A stretch of DNA of 64,000 nt from Camelus ferus (Eukaryota): positions 38,566,001-38,630,000 of the forward strand of contig NC_045697.1 of the NCBI RefSeq assembly GCF_009834535.1. Direction: 5' to 3'. A program made the translations under genes and the position numbers. The notes beneath the pieces were generated by a model. That model ran no database searches, was not told the origin of the DNA, and saw nothing but the letters and a program-made list of their open reading frames with translations. This document shows, piece after piece, positions 1 through 12,221 of the stretch. How positions within the stretch are numbered: position 1 is the first letter of the stretch; each line of letters starts with the position of its first letter.

Positions 1-1042
1 GAGGCCGCCAAAGGCAAGACTCCCAAAAGAATACCTGAATCTTGGTCAAGGAAATCAGACGCTTAAAGTTAAGCATTAAGTCTAGGATGTGAGACCAAGC
101 CACGGTTGGAAAAAATGTTGTAAGGTCAAAACCGGAAAAATTAGAGCTACATCAAGAAGCAGAGTGTGAGACCAACTGAATGGTTCAGAAGTTGGCTGGG
201 CGAGGGGTTGGGAGGCTTGTTTGTCCGTGGCCCTGACTGCACCATGTGGGGCTGCAAGGGGGAAGACGAGGGTTAAGACTGAGCAGTCTCACACCTGCTT
301 TTGCCAAGTAGGATTGTTAGCCATCTTTTGTTGTTGTCACATAGTCTTGTAGTTTCTTTTCAAGTTCCCTTCTCTCTCCCTCTGTTGTCAGAGTTTTTTT
401 TCTCCCTGATTTCCTGGGCTCTTCTTTCCACTGAATAGATGACCACTTTGGATCTGTGTGTTGAGGCATATGTTCTTCCTAGTATCAAAAAGAAGTGGGG
501 AGAAAAACTGCCTCTCTCTCAAAGATGCTTCTGTTCTTTGTTAAAACTGATTATCTTTGATCCTGAAAGCCAGTGGAAAGACCAAGACCTTTGTATTTTG
601 GTACTGAATTAAAATGACCTGTAGCCTTTGTCTGATGTCCCCACTGTGGGAAGCCCACGCCCCAGAGCACAGCTCGATTGCACAGGTCTGCTGGGGCCCA
701 AGGTTAGGAATCACGGGCGCACCCCCTCCACTCTGGTCGCCTTGCTGGTGCTGGTAACTCCAGACAAACAGTGGCTGCTCTTGCTGCTGCTGCAGGTGCC
801 GATGTTGAGGGGCCAGCAAGTCAGGGGTCCCTGGTGAGAATGACTTCCCTGCTCCAGACTTTCTGGAAAAAAATGCTTTTTATAAGAAAGACCGAAAGGT
901 GACAAATATTGCAACCTAGAGATCTATTTAATTTCCTTATCACGGCAGGATGGGCATAAAATCCTCCTTATCTCCAGGTAGTGGTAGATTTGTTGAGCCA
1001 TGAGAAATAGGCCTTTCATGAGAAAACATCTCTCTATAAAAT

Positions 1043-1330
1043 ATTTTTTATTCAGGTGAAATGCACATAACATAAAATTAACCATGTTGAAGAGAACCGC
1101 TCAGTGGCGTTTAGTGCATTCACAAGATTGTGTAACCACCACCTGTATCTTGTCCCCAGACATGGTCATGACCCCCAAATGAGACGTTCTACCCACAAAG
1201 CAGTTACTCCACATTTTTCCCTCCCTTCAACCCTTGGAAACCACCAATCTGCTTTCTGTTTCTATAGGTTTACCTATTCTAGCCATTTCATATATATGAA
1301 ATCATATACTATGTGACTTTCTGTGTCTGA
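1043..1330 (-). mobile_element. L1MB-like LINE-1 3' end fragment
   Basis: Antisense L1M 3'UTR motifs: ttttattcaggtgaaatgcacataacataaaattaaccat...cagtggcgtttagtgcattcaca...aaccaccaatctgctttctgtttctata...atcatatactatgtgactttctgtgtctg. Confidence 0.85.
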
Positions 1331-2569
1331 TAAAACGTTGATTTTAAATTACAAGTAATTTCTTTTCTCCATCTCCTCTTATCATTATGCTGGGAGAGCT
1401 GGGGTGTTAGAGGACTGTCAACAGCTCTCTAATTAGGACCTGAGAAAAACCTGCTGTACTTTCCTGGCTGGTGAGTTTCCCTTCATGAGACAGATGACAG
1501 TTTAGAATTAAGTTATTTAATTTGCAAGCATTTGAAACCTTCAGTTTTACCTTATTTCAGTCCTATCCTGAGGCTCAATCTCCTCCGGCACCCTCTCCCC
1601 ACACCCTGACCTCCAGTTTATGTCTTGTCTAGCAGTCTGGACACCAATTTATCCCATTATCCAAATGAACCTGTAATTGATATTTTGGCATTGGGATACT
1701 AGGGATTATATTGCTGGCCTCAGTGACAAAGCATAATCTCCCCCCAGGGAGATAAATGATACCAGCCGTTGAAGATGAAAATTTGAGAAATACTTTACAC
1801 TCTCCTCTGTTAGGGAGGCTGATCCCTGTCCCTCCTCCCTGCTCTCCCTGGTGAAAGAGAGGCTGCTCAGGGAGGGCTCTGGGATGCAGACAGCGGAGGC
1901 TTGAAATGAGATTCCTCTCTCCATCTGCCGGACGTAACCCAAGATGAGTTGCACGGATGAAGCTGGCAGAGAAATGGGGGGACTGGATGGCCAGCAAGGT
2001 TCTAAGCTTAGGGACCAAAATCCTAGTTAAATCCTTTTGCGGGAGCAGAAGAGCCTGCTGATGTAATAATGCAGAACCCAAGAAATCAATTGCTGTAGTG
2101 CTAATGGTTCAGTGAATGCAGCGTCTGTCAGTCTCTTTTCTGTAGGCCTCCTGGGAGCATTATTAACATGCTCTGTGGGACGACAGTTAAATACAGGACA
2201 AATTATGACTTGTCTCCATCCTTTGGTTATTATCGTGTACTATTTTATGTGCTACATGAGATTCAATCATCAACTCTCTGCCCCAAGATATCTCTTCCAG
2301 GAGCCTGAAAATACTACTTTAGAGTGACTAGTGGGTTTGACAGTGTACAGCAGTCACAGGGATGGGTGGGGCATTTTTGTTGGCTCCCCTCCTTTCCCTC
2401 CCTCCCTCCTGCTGGCTCCCACAACCTCCCCACCCCCATCTCCCTCCCTTCATTAACTTGGATGGAACCTGTTATGCGTGCCAGACGTTGTGCTGAGGGA
2501 TAAGGATTTGAAATAAGACCCTGCCACGAAGGAGTTCCCACCACCCCTCCTTGTCTTTTCCCCCTGCCT

Positions 2570-2700
2570 TCTGTTCTTCTGTTATTTGTCTGTCTCCCCT
2601 AGTAGGAAGTAGCTTCTAAAGGCCAGAGTCCTTCCTGCCTTTGAGCCTTTGAATCTAGCACTGCCCTAGCAGAACTTTATTGAATTGACTTCAATTGTGT
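2570..2700 (+). mobile_element. L2 LINE 3' end fragment
   Basis: tgtctgtctcccctag...cttctaaaggccagag...tctagcactgcc...tttattgaattga resembles the L2 3' terminus; highly diverged. Confidence 0.55.
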
Positions 2701-4380
2701 AAACAGATAACCGGATAAAAAGCGATTAGTGATATTCCAGAGAGTTTTGCACAGAGTGCCTGGAAGCCCAAAGGGCAGAGTAAACAATGGCCACAGGGAG
2801 CCAGCGGGCTCCCAGCTGTGTCACTGGAGCTGCTTGAAAGATGAGAAGGTGTTTGCCAGACAAACAAGGGGGGACACACAATCTCCAGGGTTCACACCTA
2901 CCTGAATGTGTTTCTTGGGAGGGGCCCTTTGATCCTCTGAATCCTGCCCTTTCTTTCTTTGATGAAACTTAAGGAAGTAACTACTTGATTTGCCAGTAGC
3001 TTTGGATCCAGCCCTGGGACGGTATCGATAGGCATTTTTCTAGAAAGGTGACACGTGGTGTTTCTTCTAGGGATTAAAGCCTAATCCAAACCCTAACCCC
3101 ACCAAAAAAAAAAAAAAATTCTGTTTAATTCCTCACCCCTAAAATGCCAGCTACTTTAATCTTCTTTCTTCTTATTGAAATAAGTTTCAGAAGTTAAAAG
3201 TTTGCTTTTCTAAATGGATTCGACTTGGAGCCAGGATTTCACTTCCACAATCCTCACTGTTGCAACAAAGATGCCTAGAGTGGCTCCGCTCCTCTGGAGG
3301 GGAGGCTTACAAAGAGCCAGCAGGGAGACGGTTTCTGCTCCCAAGGAGCCTAGAATTGACACCAAAACAGGAAGCTGACATCAGCATGGAAATGCACCTC
3401 CTCTCCCGGTTACTATTAAAGCAGAGTCTTCCGTGCACACAGAATTGACATTGAAACTTTTTGAAATCGATGACTCTCATCTTGAACTGGTTAAGAAGCC
3501 CAAGGAACAGTGAGAAAAGCTATACTTACCACCAGGTTTACCAGGAAAAGGGAAAAAGCATCTTTAGTCTAAACTTTACTGGCATGTATTTTAAGAAGCC
3601 ACAGAAAGTCTGTTCTATGCAGAAAAATACTTCCAAAAGAAACATTTAAGACAGAACTTAAAAGTTTTATGTTAAGTATTTGGTTATATATACTCCCATA
3701 TTTTAAGGCATCTATCACTTTATTTTTATTTGTTCGTGATAAATTTTGGTGTTTCTGTGGGTCTTAAGAATTTTCTAGGACTGGAACCCCTATTTGATAC
3801 TGCTCAGACAAGAATATGGTTTACCATGGGTTGTCTTGCTTTCCTCATCTAGAAACAACTTAGTTCTTGAGTTGAGTAGCACCCGTAATAGGTAAGGTTG
3901 CTCCCCCAGACTCCCCCTCTTCTCTCTCTTCCCATCGTCAGCCCTGCTGTCCTTAAAAGACTTAAAATTCAAACGCCAGATCTTCATATTTCATTCTGAC
4001 ACCTGCCCCCTCTTCCCAGAAGTGTTTTTTTTTCCCCCTGCAAACATCTACAGCAGCTCACCGCTGTCACCTCTGCTTCCCCCTTTCTCCTCCACCCATG
4101 TATGCACACAGAACCTAACATTTTCTACCTGGATTGTATTTTTTGATAACTATCTCATATCTCCTACTGTGATCCTTCCCTTGGAGTCAGTGATATTTTC
4201 TTTATGTCTTTATATCTCATCCCCTTCTCCTTCATCCCAGTACCTATCTCGACATAAAGCCATACCAGATACTTGATAATAATTCCCTGAATGGAGTCAG
4301 TGGATGGAATTTCTAGATAAATGTACCAAGAATGACCGCATCCATTCCAGATGCCATCATCCATGGCCTAAACCCTTAAA

Positions 4381-4520
4381 CTGTTGTTTCCCAAAGTAAG
4401 TTCCATGAACAGTAATTCTGAAGAATGTTAAAAAAAAAATCCTTAAAATGTCTATGGTTAAATACTTTTGGAAAATTCTAAACAAAGTTAAACGATTCTT
4501 ATTGTAGGACTTCTCAGATT
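4381..4520 (-). mobile_element. MER103C-like hAT-Charlie DNA transposon fragment
   Basis: Terminal tgtttcccaaagtaagttccatgaac plus internal aaacaaagttaaacgattcttattgtaggacttctcaga, the reverse complement of the MER103C core also seen at 63714-63975. Confidence 0.65.
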
Positions 4521-4534
4521 GTAGGCATTGGAAT

Positions 4535-5478
4535 GGAGTTGTAGTTTCTGAAGTCTAAAATGAGGCAACAAGTCTGTGTTGCTCCTGGACACCTGAGGGG
4601 AGAATCCCTTTTCCTTGCCTTTTCTAGCTTCTAGAGACGTCCTGCCTTCCTTGGCTTGTGGCCTCTTCCTCCGTCTTCGAAGCCAGCCATGTAGTGGAGG
4701 AGTGAAAAATTTTCCCTTTTTCCCGTCTAGGTTCTCTGGCTAGTCTAATAATTAAGTTGCCAGGAGACAGATTAACAGGAGAAAAACAGATTTAATTTTA
4801 TATATATGGGAATCCCATAAAAGTATGAGACTCAAAGAAATAACCAAAGTAGAAAGCTTTTATACCTCTTGGACAAAGATACAATAAATTTGTGACGAGT
4901 TGAAAAAACAAAGAAGTTTGGGCTTGGAGTAATACATTAGTGAAGAAGTAACAAGATTTGTTTGTACAGCCTTCTTGGCTCTAAATTCTCTCTCTGGGAT
5001 AATGATGCCTTTCACCCTGCTGGTACAGAGAGAGGGTACCTTTCACATGGGAGACCTATTTCCCACTTTTAGTGGGGACACAGGAGGATCAGAGCATCCT
5101 GCTTGCACTAGCTGTATCCCAAGTAACTTGAATTCAGGATAGCCGGTATGCCAAAATGGCATGTTTTAGGGTGGCACATTCTCCTCTTCAGTAGCATCTT
5201 CTAATCTCAGTCTCTCTCTTCCTCTCTCTCTCTCTCTTTCTGACCCCTGCTTCTGTCATCACATCTCTTCCTGTGACCCCTGCCACTCTTGCCTCCTTCT
5301 TAAAAGGGTGGTTGTGATTGCATTGGGCCCACCTGGAAAATCCAGGCTAATCTTCCCATCTCAACATTCTTAACTTAATCACCTCTGCAAAGTTTCTTTG
5401 CCATGGAAGGTAATGTATTCACGGGTTCCAGGGATTAGAAAGTGGCCATCTCTGGGGGCCGTTAGTCTGCCTGCCCCG
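4535..5478 (-). mobile_element. MLT1D-like MaLR LTR, split by a nested ERV1 solo LTR
   Basis: ggggagaatcc...ccttgccttttctagcttctagag...ttggcttgtggcc; resumes after 5194 with gtgattgcattgggcccacctggaaaatccaggctaatcttcccatctc...ttaacttaatcacctctgcaaagt...gggattagaaagtggccatctctgggggcc. Confidence 0.85.
4695..5190 (-). mobile_element. ERV1-class (MER41-like) solo LTR, 496 bp, nested in the MLT1D
   Basis: TG...CA termini (tggaggag / ctcctcttca); exact 4-bp TSD GTAG at 4691-4694 and 5191-5194; end motif gccaaaatggcatgttttagggtggcacattct shared with the LTR at 16177. Confidence 0.85.
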
Positions 5479-8242
5479 GGACACGTCCTGCAGCAGCACT
5501 GCGGTTGTTCGGGGAATAAGCCCTTCGGTCCTCGATGGAGAACTGGGTGGGATAGCCACCACCACCTTAGACATTATTTCTAAGGGAAGATGAATTTGGA
5601 GTTGTGATATAAAACAAATTCACATCTGTGATACACAATCATGGAGAAACTGTGAACTCTTTGTGTAGGGCCCTCAGCAGTTATGACAATAAAGATTGCT
5701 AATGGCCTTCTTGCACCCAAATCTGCTTAAATCCTTCTCTCACAGTCCAGGTAGGTAGCCCTTGTTTTCACAGTACATCAGACAAATTTTGTGATTGAAC
5801 TACCCACTAGGATCTTTTTTCCTTAGAGTTTTTCAAGACCTTTTAAACTGTATATAAACATGAACCAATTATACATCATTTTACAATGAATTTACTCTTT
5901 GTTCAGCAAGGTACACTGGGCTGGCAGTCTTAATTTTAACCGTGTCCTGCCCACTGCCCCGTAGACTTCAGCAACATCTGTCTGATACTGTCGTCACTGA
6001 GTAGGGCATGATACAAATGTTAAAATAGGAACATGGTATATGAGAAGGTTAATAATGTTTGAAGACTTGTGGGAAAAGGTTGACCATGAGGAAGAACAGA
6101 AAAATAAAACTAGAGATGAAAAGAAAGCTGACCGAGAGATAGAAACATGAATTGAAGCCTATCGTATGTCATGTTTTAGAAGACTTTGGGGGAAAAACCC
6201 ATACCTACCGTCCTGGGCAGAGGAAACCAAGGAATCTAAGGAAACTATTTGAGTTCAAATAAGTAGAATGAGAGGACTTTTCCACTAGTGTCAAAAAATT
6301 GGACTTCTTACAAAATACAGGCATGAAAGATCTTGGAAATTCCACATAGAATCATCATATCAGACATTAAGGGGGAGCAGTATAAAACTGAATAATACTA
6401 GCCTCCCTTCACTCTGCACAGACTATACTATCTCAAAAGACAGTTCCTCCAGGGCCGGGACAAGGCCTGATTAATCCTTGAGTCCCCAGCCCTCGCGCGT
6501 AGTGTGGCCTATTGTCATAATGTTTCTTGATCACCAAGTAAAATGATTGTAGAGTTAGTCCCTTCCTGCATATTGATTCATTTGGGAGAAATTATGTTTT
6601 AAATAACTGACAAGAGAAGGGGTGTATGAGAAAAGAAATAGAGTATGGTCTGTTGAGATTTTCAAATGACATGTCTAGAGATTTTTTTCATTCCCAGATT
6701 GTTCATTTCACTACAGTTACACTAAAATTTTCCACCCCCACCCCCCCAAAAATGCAGTTATCAGTAGAGAACAACAAAAGTATATTGAGATTCAGATGTT
6801 GATATTGGGTTATGAGAATCATTCATCAACTAAATTGCATATTGTTTCTTGTATGCCCACTCTTGTGTGCATAATCTCAGGGAATCACTTTGCAAGTAAT
6901 CGAGTTGGCAAGTGCTAAATCAAAGAATGCTTATAGGTGACTATGTTTTATTTAGAAGATTAGGAAGAAGAGTTTATATATTTTTTTGTATTCCAATACT
7001 GGAGCATTCTCTAGCCTGCCTCTGTTGAGATGGTAAATTTGCTGAGGACAGAATGTGACTTCTTATGCTTCTTTTTTCTACCCCCAATTTGTGTAGTTCA
7101 ATATTGTGGGCTTCATGGGCACTCAGTAAGTAGTAGAGGACTTGGATTAAATGGAAAAATATACCAATATGAGCACTGTAAAGGTCGGTGTGGGTAGCAT
7201 AGAATGATTTAGAAACACATTGGCACATGCAGTGTACTATATTGACCTATTTTCCCAGTTCTTTATTTAACATTCTACAATCAGATGGGTAGATTATAAA
7301 AGATAAATTGACAGGTGGTGCTTTGCAGTGTACAATGGCAATAGGTCCTACAAAGGAAAACATGTAACTGATTTCAGGTGGGTCTAACAGAGGACATTTG
7401 TAAGTCAGCCCCAGGAAACTGCATTCAGAAGCAACATTGTGGTATTCACAGCAGTATGACAGTGGTAACTAACAAATAGTAGTGTAACGCGTCAAAATGT
7501 CAAAACGTCCACTTCTTCAGTGATGACAGAATTTAAGGTTACCACTGACAGAGTAATGAAGCTGAGGAAGCAGCTAAGAGATATATAAAAGGAATCAAAA
7601 TTGAATAAGGAACTGTTAATATTATACCTTATGTTTCAGTGATAAGCGAAGTGAAAAGTAAAAACCATGGGAAATAGGGATAATTCTCTGACAGTGGATT
7701 AACCTTCTCCAGTGGTTTGACCATCTTGGATAAATCTGGACAAGTCTAAATAGGGAGATAACATTTATGTTGAGACTGTAAATTATCATACTGATAAATT
7801 CAGTAACCGTAAGAGAGAGGGATGGAAGTAATAACTTTAGAGACTTCTGTTGTAATGTTTTTAATAAAAGGTGGAAGAAAAGTTTTCAGTTTCATCTTTC
7901 TGCTTGAGATTTTTCATGGGTGATGAAATAGCCATGAAAAGGCTATTTTGAGTTTAAGGAAATACTTCATTCTGTGATACAGAAGTAGGGAGGATATGTG
8001 ACTTGCTTAATACAGCCGCTGTGCTGGGATATGGGAGTTTCAAAGCATAGAAGGAAGCATGGTCAAAGCATGGCTATAAATTTGTAGGGGAAAGATGCAT
8101 GAATACTTCATAGCAAAATGTGATAAGAAACCGCTGATAAAAACATACAAACTACAAATTGTAGATCCACAGTTGAAAGTTTATGGAAATGCAGAGAAAT
8201 GAATGCTTCAAAAATGTGATTGGTATTTGAAAAAGAAAGGTA

Positions 8243-8243
8243 A

Positions 8244-8274
<31 letters not shown>

Positions 8275-8275
8275 T
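8243..8275. repeat. poly-A followed by (TA)n microsatellite
   Basis: A run then tatatata... read directly. Confidence 0.95.
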
Positions 8276-8867
8276 GACATTATGGTATTAAGACAATTTA
8301 GGTGATGACTTATATCAAGTGGGAAGATGGATGCCAAAGGAACCTATGGGCATAAGCTAGAAAATCTCATGGAATTTAATTTTTCTAAAGAAACAGAACT
8401 TAAAACGGAAGTGTGTTATATCTGGCAAAGCAGGAGGATAAAAATTGACCTTATTATCAATGTAAGTGTTTCAAAAATTATTTTTACCTTAGTTTGTCAA
8501 TCCAGGATAATTTTTTCTCTGATAACCTCTGTGAGGATGGATATTTGCAAACAATTTTGAGTGACTTGGAAAATAATACAGGAGTGAAAGAAAACACGAT
8601 GATGACGGTGATGATGATGTTTTATAAACCTATTCTCGTATCTTAAAAATATTATGAGACATTAGGCTGTAATAACAGAATACAAATCTTGGGTATTAGA
8701 AAGCATTTTGAAACAGAAGAGATGAGATATGAGAGGGTTATAGATTTGGCAAGATACATTTTTTTATGCATAGTTTGGAAATTATGTCATTTTACCCAGT
8801 ATAAATAAACTTTTATTACTACTAAAAAGGAAAGCATCCTTGAACTAATCCTGCCTTTCCTTTTCAG

Positions 8868-8930
8868 GAGGAATACAGTAAATTTCTCTCCTGGGGCAGG
8901 GGTCAGCGATTTGATGGAGACTGTAATTCA
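8868..8930 (+). other. Candidate 5'UTR exon (63 nt) of an unidentified + strand gene
   Basis: Branch-like CTAAT (8845-8849), tract cctgcctttccttttcAG, donor TCA|GTGAGT. If spliced to 9184 it places a TAA (8879-8881) in frame upstream of the ATG at 9201. Confidence 0.45.
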
Positions 8931-9200
8931 GTGAGTGTGCAGTTTTGTAGACTGTGAAATGCAATAATAATTTCAGTGCTTTATTACAGGGATCTTTGTC
9001 TCCCCCATCTCTTCCATTTTATTACATATTATGTGCATCCACATGATAAAAAGTAATGTTTTCTTTCAGTGAAGTGGAGGACGTAGGACGGAACTGATAA
9101 GAGTGGGCCCTCTTTTTTTTTTTTTTTTTTCCAGTTTTGTAAGCTTTGTGCTCATAGATTATATGCTGTACTTTGTATTTCAGTAACATTTAACAAAACC

Positions 9201-9264
9201 ATGGCCATGGAGGAAATTAAACTTACACAGAATGTCCATGAGTCTCTGAGTGCTGACGTTTCAG
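9201..9264 (+). CDS. Candidate first coding exon (exon 9184-9264) encoding MAMEEIKLTQNVHESLSADVS, phase-1 end; gene not recognised
   Basis: Acceptor ctttgtatttcAG (9183); two tandem strong Kozak starts accATGG / gccATGG; donor CAG|GTATGG; unique non-repeat sequence. Confidence 0.45.
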
Positions 9265-10866
9265 GTATGGTACAAAGTGGCTACTCTGAGTTGCAAATTA
9301 AAGAGACAGAAGCCATCTTTTCCCTGTTGTTGTTAGTGGATTTAACCACAATTAACCTGTACAATAACCTCGACTGTCTGGGACCCAAAGAAGCACCCAT
9401 ATGTAAGCAAAGCAAAGGCAGCTAAAACAGATGCCTTTCATCCCCTAAACTCCTACGGGAGCTTCTTGGTTTTCCATAGGCACCCAGTGATCCTCTCTTT
9501 ACATACAATTCTGTCATGCTTGATTATCGAATTTCCTATCTCACAAGCACAAGAAGCAATACATTAGAAAGGAGAGGAAATTATGAGAGTGAAACTCACC
9601 AACCTAATAAGAAATGACAATTAAACATGTGAGAGAAGGAGGCAGAGTACTTATTTTAAAATAAGCACAAAAAAATGTTTGAAGGTAGGAGGACCATTGA
9701 TAGGGACAGACCATCCTGTCTACTTTAGGTTCTCTTCACAGTATCATTTTATTGCATCTCAGTGTAATAGGAATACCCCTGAGACATCAAGAACAGTTTA
9801 TATTCTATTCAGTGTGTAATCCATTACAGAAAAATTTCTGTTCAAAATGCTTTCATTTTAAAAAATTTTGATACTGATAGGGATAACATTTAGTTAACTT
9901 CTTCCTTCAATAATACCATAGAAATAAGAATTATATCACATGGATGAAGCCTAAAATACGTCTATTTTTATTACTAATAATCAGAACATTCTGATTTTTA
10001 ACTCCCATTTCAATTTCTTTTTTTTTTTTCCTCCCTCAAAATTCCTTCAAATGGATTACATGGAAATTAGCAACAATTAGATTGACCCCACCTCTCTTGG
10101 CAGAGATCAAAAAGGATACGTGTATGCTAGTTCATTCTGGCTGGTTAATTTCCTGGGTGTTATATGTTTCTGTTTTATCCAGAGCAGAATTTCTCTCCCT
10201 TTAAAAAAAGATAGGTCAGAAATAGCTTATTTGGGTTTTATACGCTTTTTTCTTTGAGACAGTAGAAATCTAAATTAGGGTAAGTGAGCCTTGGAAAACA
10301 TTCTGCGTTGTGCCTGCACTAGACTTCTCTTCCTCCCTCTTTGTCCCCACCTCACCAACACACACACCCTTGGGCCAATGTGACATTACAGGGTGTTTGT
10401 GAAAGCCTGTCCTGGGAATAGCTTTCTGTGACTCATACTGTGAAGCTTTTATTACATTTCTAGGGAGGTTACAAAGTCTACTGGACCTCCCTATTTCCTT
10501 ATTGTGGAGGGTAAAATTTTTTTAGGAAATGTGTTTTATTTTTCTTAAATAAATGACTCCCTTGACAACATGATTTCTTATCTTTCCTCATTAGCAATCC
10601 CAATTGCACTTTGCTGTGCGATTGACCTACAATTATTTGTTGTTATTTGGGTATAAAACTGTTGGTTTTCTCAAGTTTCTCTTATCTCAACCCCAGATAA
10701 ACCAGATTCCATGTTTGGATTAGAAAACAAAATGTATATATACTGCCATATGTATAATGGCAGTACACCTGCCGTCTATTTTAAACTGTCATATCTTTGA
10801 GATATGAGAAATTGTGCAGCTCATTGACCATGAACCTCAGTACCTCAGTAGGAGTTCAGGTTTGGC

Positions 10867-10867
<1 letters not shown>

Positions 10868-10909
<42 letters not shown>
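10868..10909. repeat. (GTT)14 trinucleotide microsatellite
   Basis: Perfect repeat read directly; explains the poly-V and poly-T ORFs in the track. Confidence 0.98.
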
Positions 10910-10910
<1 letters not shown>

Positions 10911-11583
10911 TGAGCACAAGCCACCCATTCTCCTTGTTTGGTCCTGTAGTAAACCTTTCTCTACTCAAAAAAATAAAAAGAAGAAGAGGACAACAGGAGA
11001 AGGCAATTTCTCTTGAGGGAATTTGTGTTATCATGGATCTTTGACATTTAAAAGTTGGCTCTAGCCTTTAATTGGGAAAGAAACAGACCCATAATGACCT
11101 CATTACTACTCTCCTGTAATACAGCAAGATATTTCTATCTATCTATTCCTTGGATGGGGTAAGGGGTAGTATTTAATACAGAAATAGGAAGGGGGAAAAA
11201 AAAGAAGGTATTTGCTGAATTGCTTAGTATCTGTTAAGAAGTAGATACATAAAACCTTCATAAACAGAGCTCTTGTTCTATACATATGGAAGTTTTATAT
11301 TACCTACTGTGTCCAGGCACTGGGTTCTCTGTTACTTCTTCACAAGAATCATTTTTTCTTAGAGCTATGGCTATAGTGTCCATAGGACAGGAAAAGAAAA
11401 TTTGTTCCTTTCCCATGCTGACTTAAAAAAAAAAAAAAGCAGAATAGAAAATTGGTGCCCTCAAAGTTGAAGGGGAAAATTAATAGCATAGAGAAAATAA
11501 TATACTTTAAAATGAGACCAAAGTGTCGCCTTAGGGTACTAGTTTTTAATGCTGGTGATTGGTGATTCAGATTTAGTAAAACT

Positions 11584-11695
11584 GGGTGAGGTGGGTATAG
11601 TTCAGTGCTAGAGCACATGTTTAGCATGCACGAGGTCCTGGGTTCAATCCCCAGTGCCTGCATTAAAAAATAAGTAAATAAGAACAAAAAAATAA
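11584..11695 (+). mobile_element. Camelid tRNA-Ala-derived SINE (Vic-1 type)
   Basis: Pol III A/B boxes (tagttcagtgctag; ggttcaatcc), cttagca-like anticodon loop, A-rich tail; 12-bp TSD atttagtaaaac at 11571-11582 and 11696-11707. Confidence 0.92.
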
Positions 11696-12076
11696 ATTTA
11701 GTAAAACCTAAGCAGCCACACAGATCACTTAGGTTCAGTCAGAATTTTCCTATGTTTTCCATTCACCAAGTGGAATCCCTTGTATTTTACCAGCTTCAGG
11801 GTTTTGTTTGTGTTTTGGTGGGTGGGCTCCTTCTCAGCTTCTCAGAGTGGAGGGGCATTTTAGGCAGGTCAGCCCGCACAGCCTGAAGAATAATAGGCAA
11901 GACAGAGCCTAAAGAAAGGTGTCCCCAGCCCCACATACTCCTGTCATGGGAAGATAATCTGAAAAAACAGCCACCGGAATGAGATAGAGTCCAAAAACAT
12001 ACTGTCAAGGTGGCAAACCGAAAGTAGAGGAAATGTCAAAATTCTGTGGCAAATAATGTTTCAATTTGTTAGATGC

Positions 12077-12221
12077 TTTTTTTTTTTTTTTTTTTTTTGA
12101 GGATGGGTAATTAGGTTTGTTTGTTTTATTATTTTTTATTTAACAGAGGTACTGGGGATCAAACCCATGACCTTGTGCATGCCAGACATATGCTCTACCA
12201 CTGAACTATACCCTCCTCCCC
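12077..12221 (-). mobile_element. Camelid tRNA-Ala-derived SINE (Vic-1 type)
   Basis: Poly-T, ggtaattaggttt tail motif, gaggtactggggatcaaaccc...ctctaccactgaactataccctcc. Confidence 0.92.

Noticed and set aside
1629..2081. 150-aa minus-strand ORF
   Set aside because: Non-ATG start, no recognisable domain, no splice support
10741..10765. 9-bp hairpin tactgccat-N7-atggcagta
   Set aside because: Too short for a pre-miRNA; expected occasionally by chance
10814..11044. Poly-Val and poly-Thr ORFs
   Set aside because: Artefacts of the (GTT)14 microsatellite
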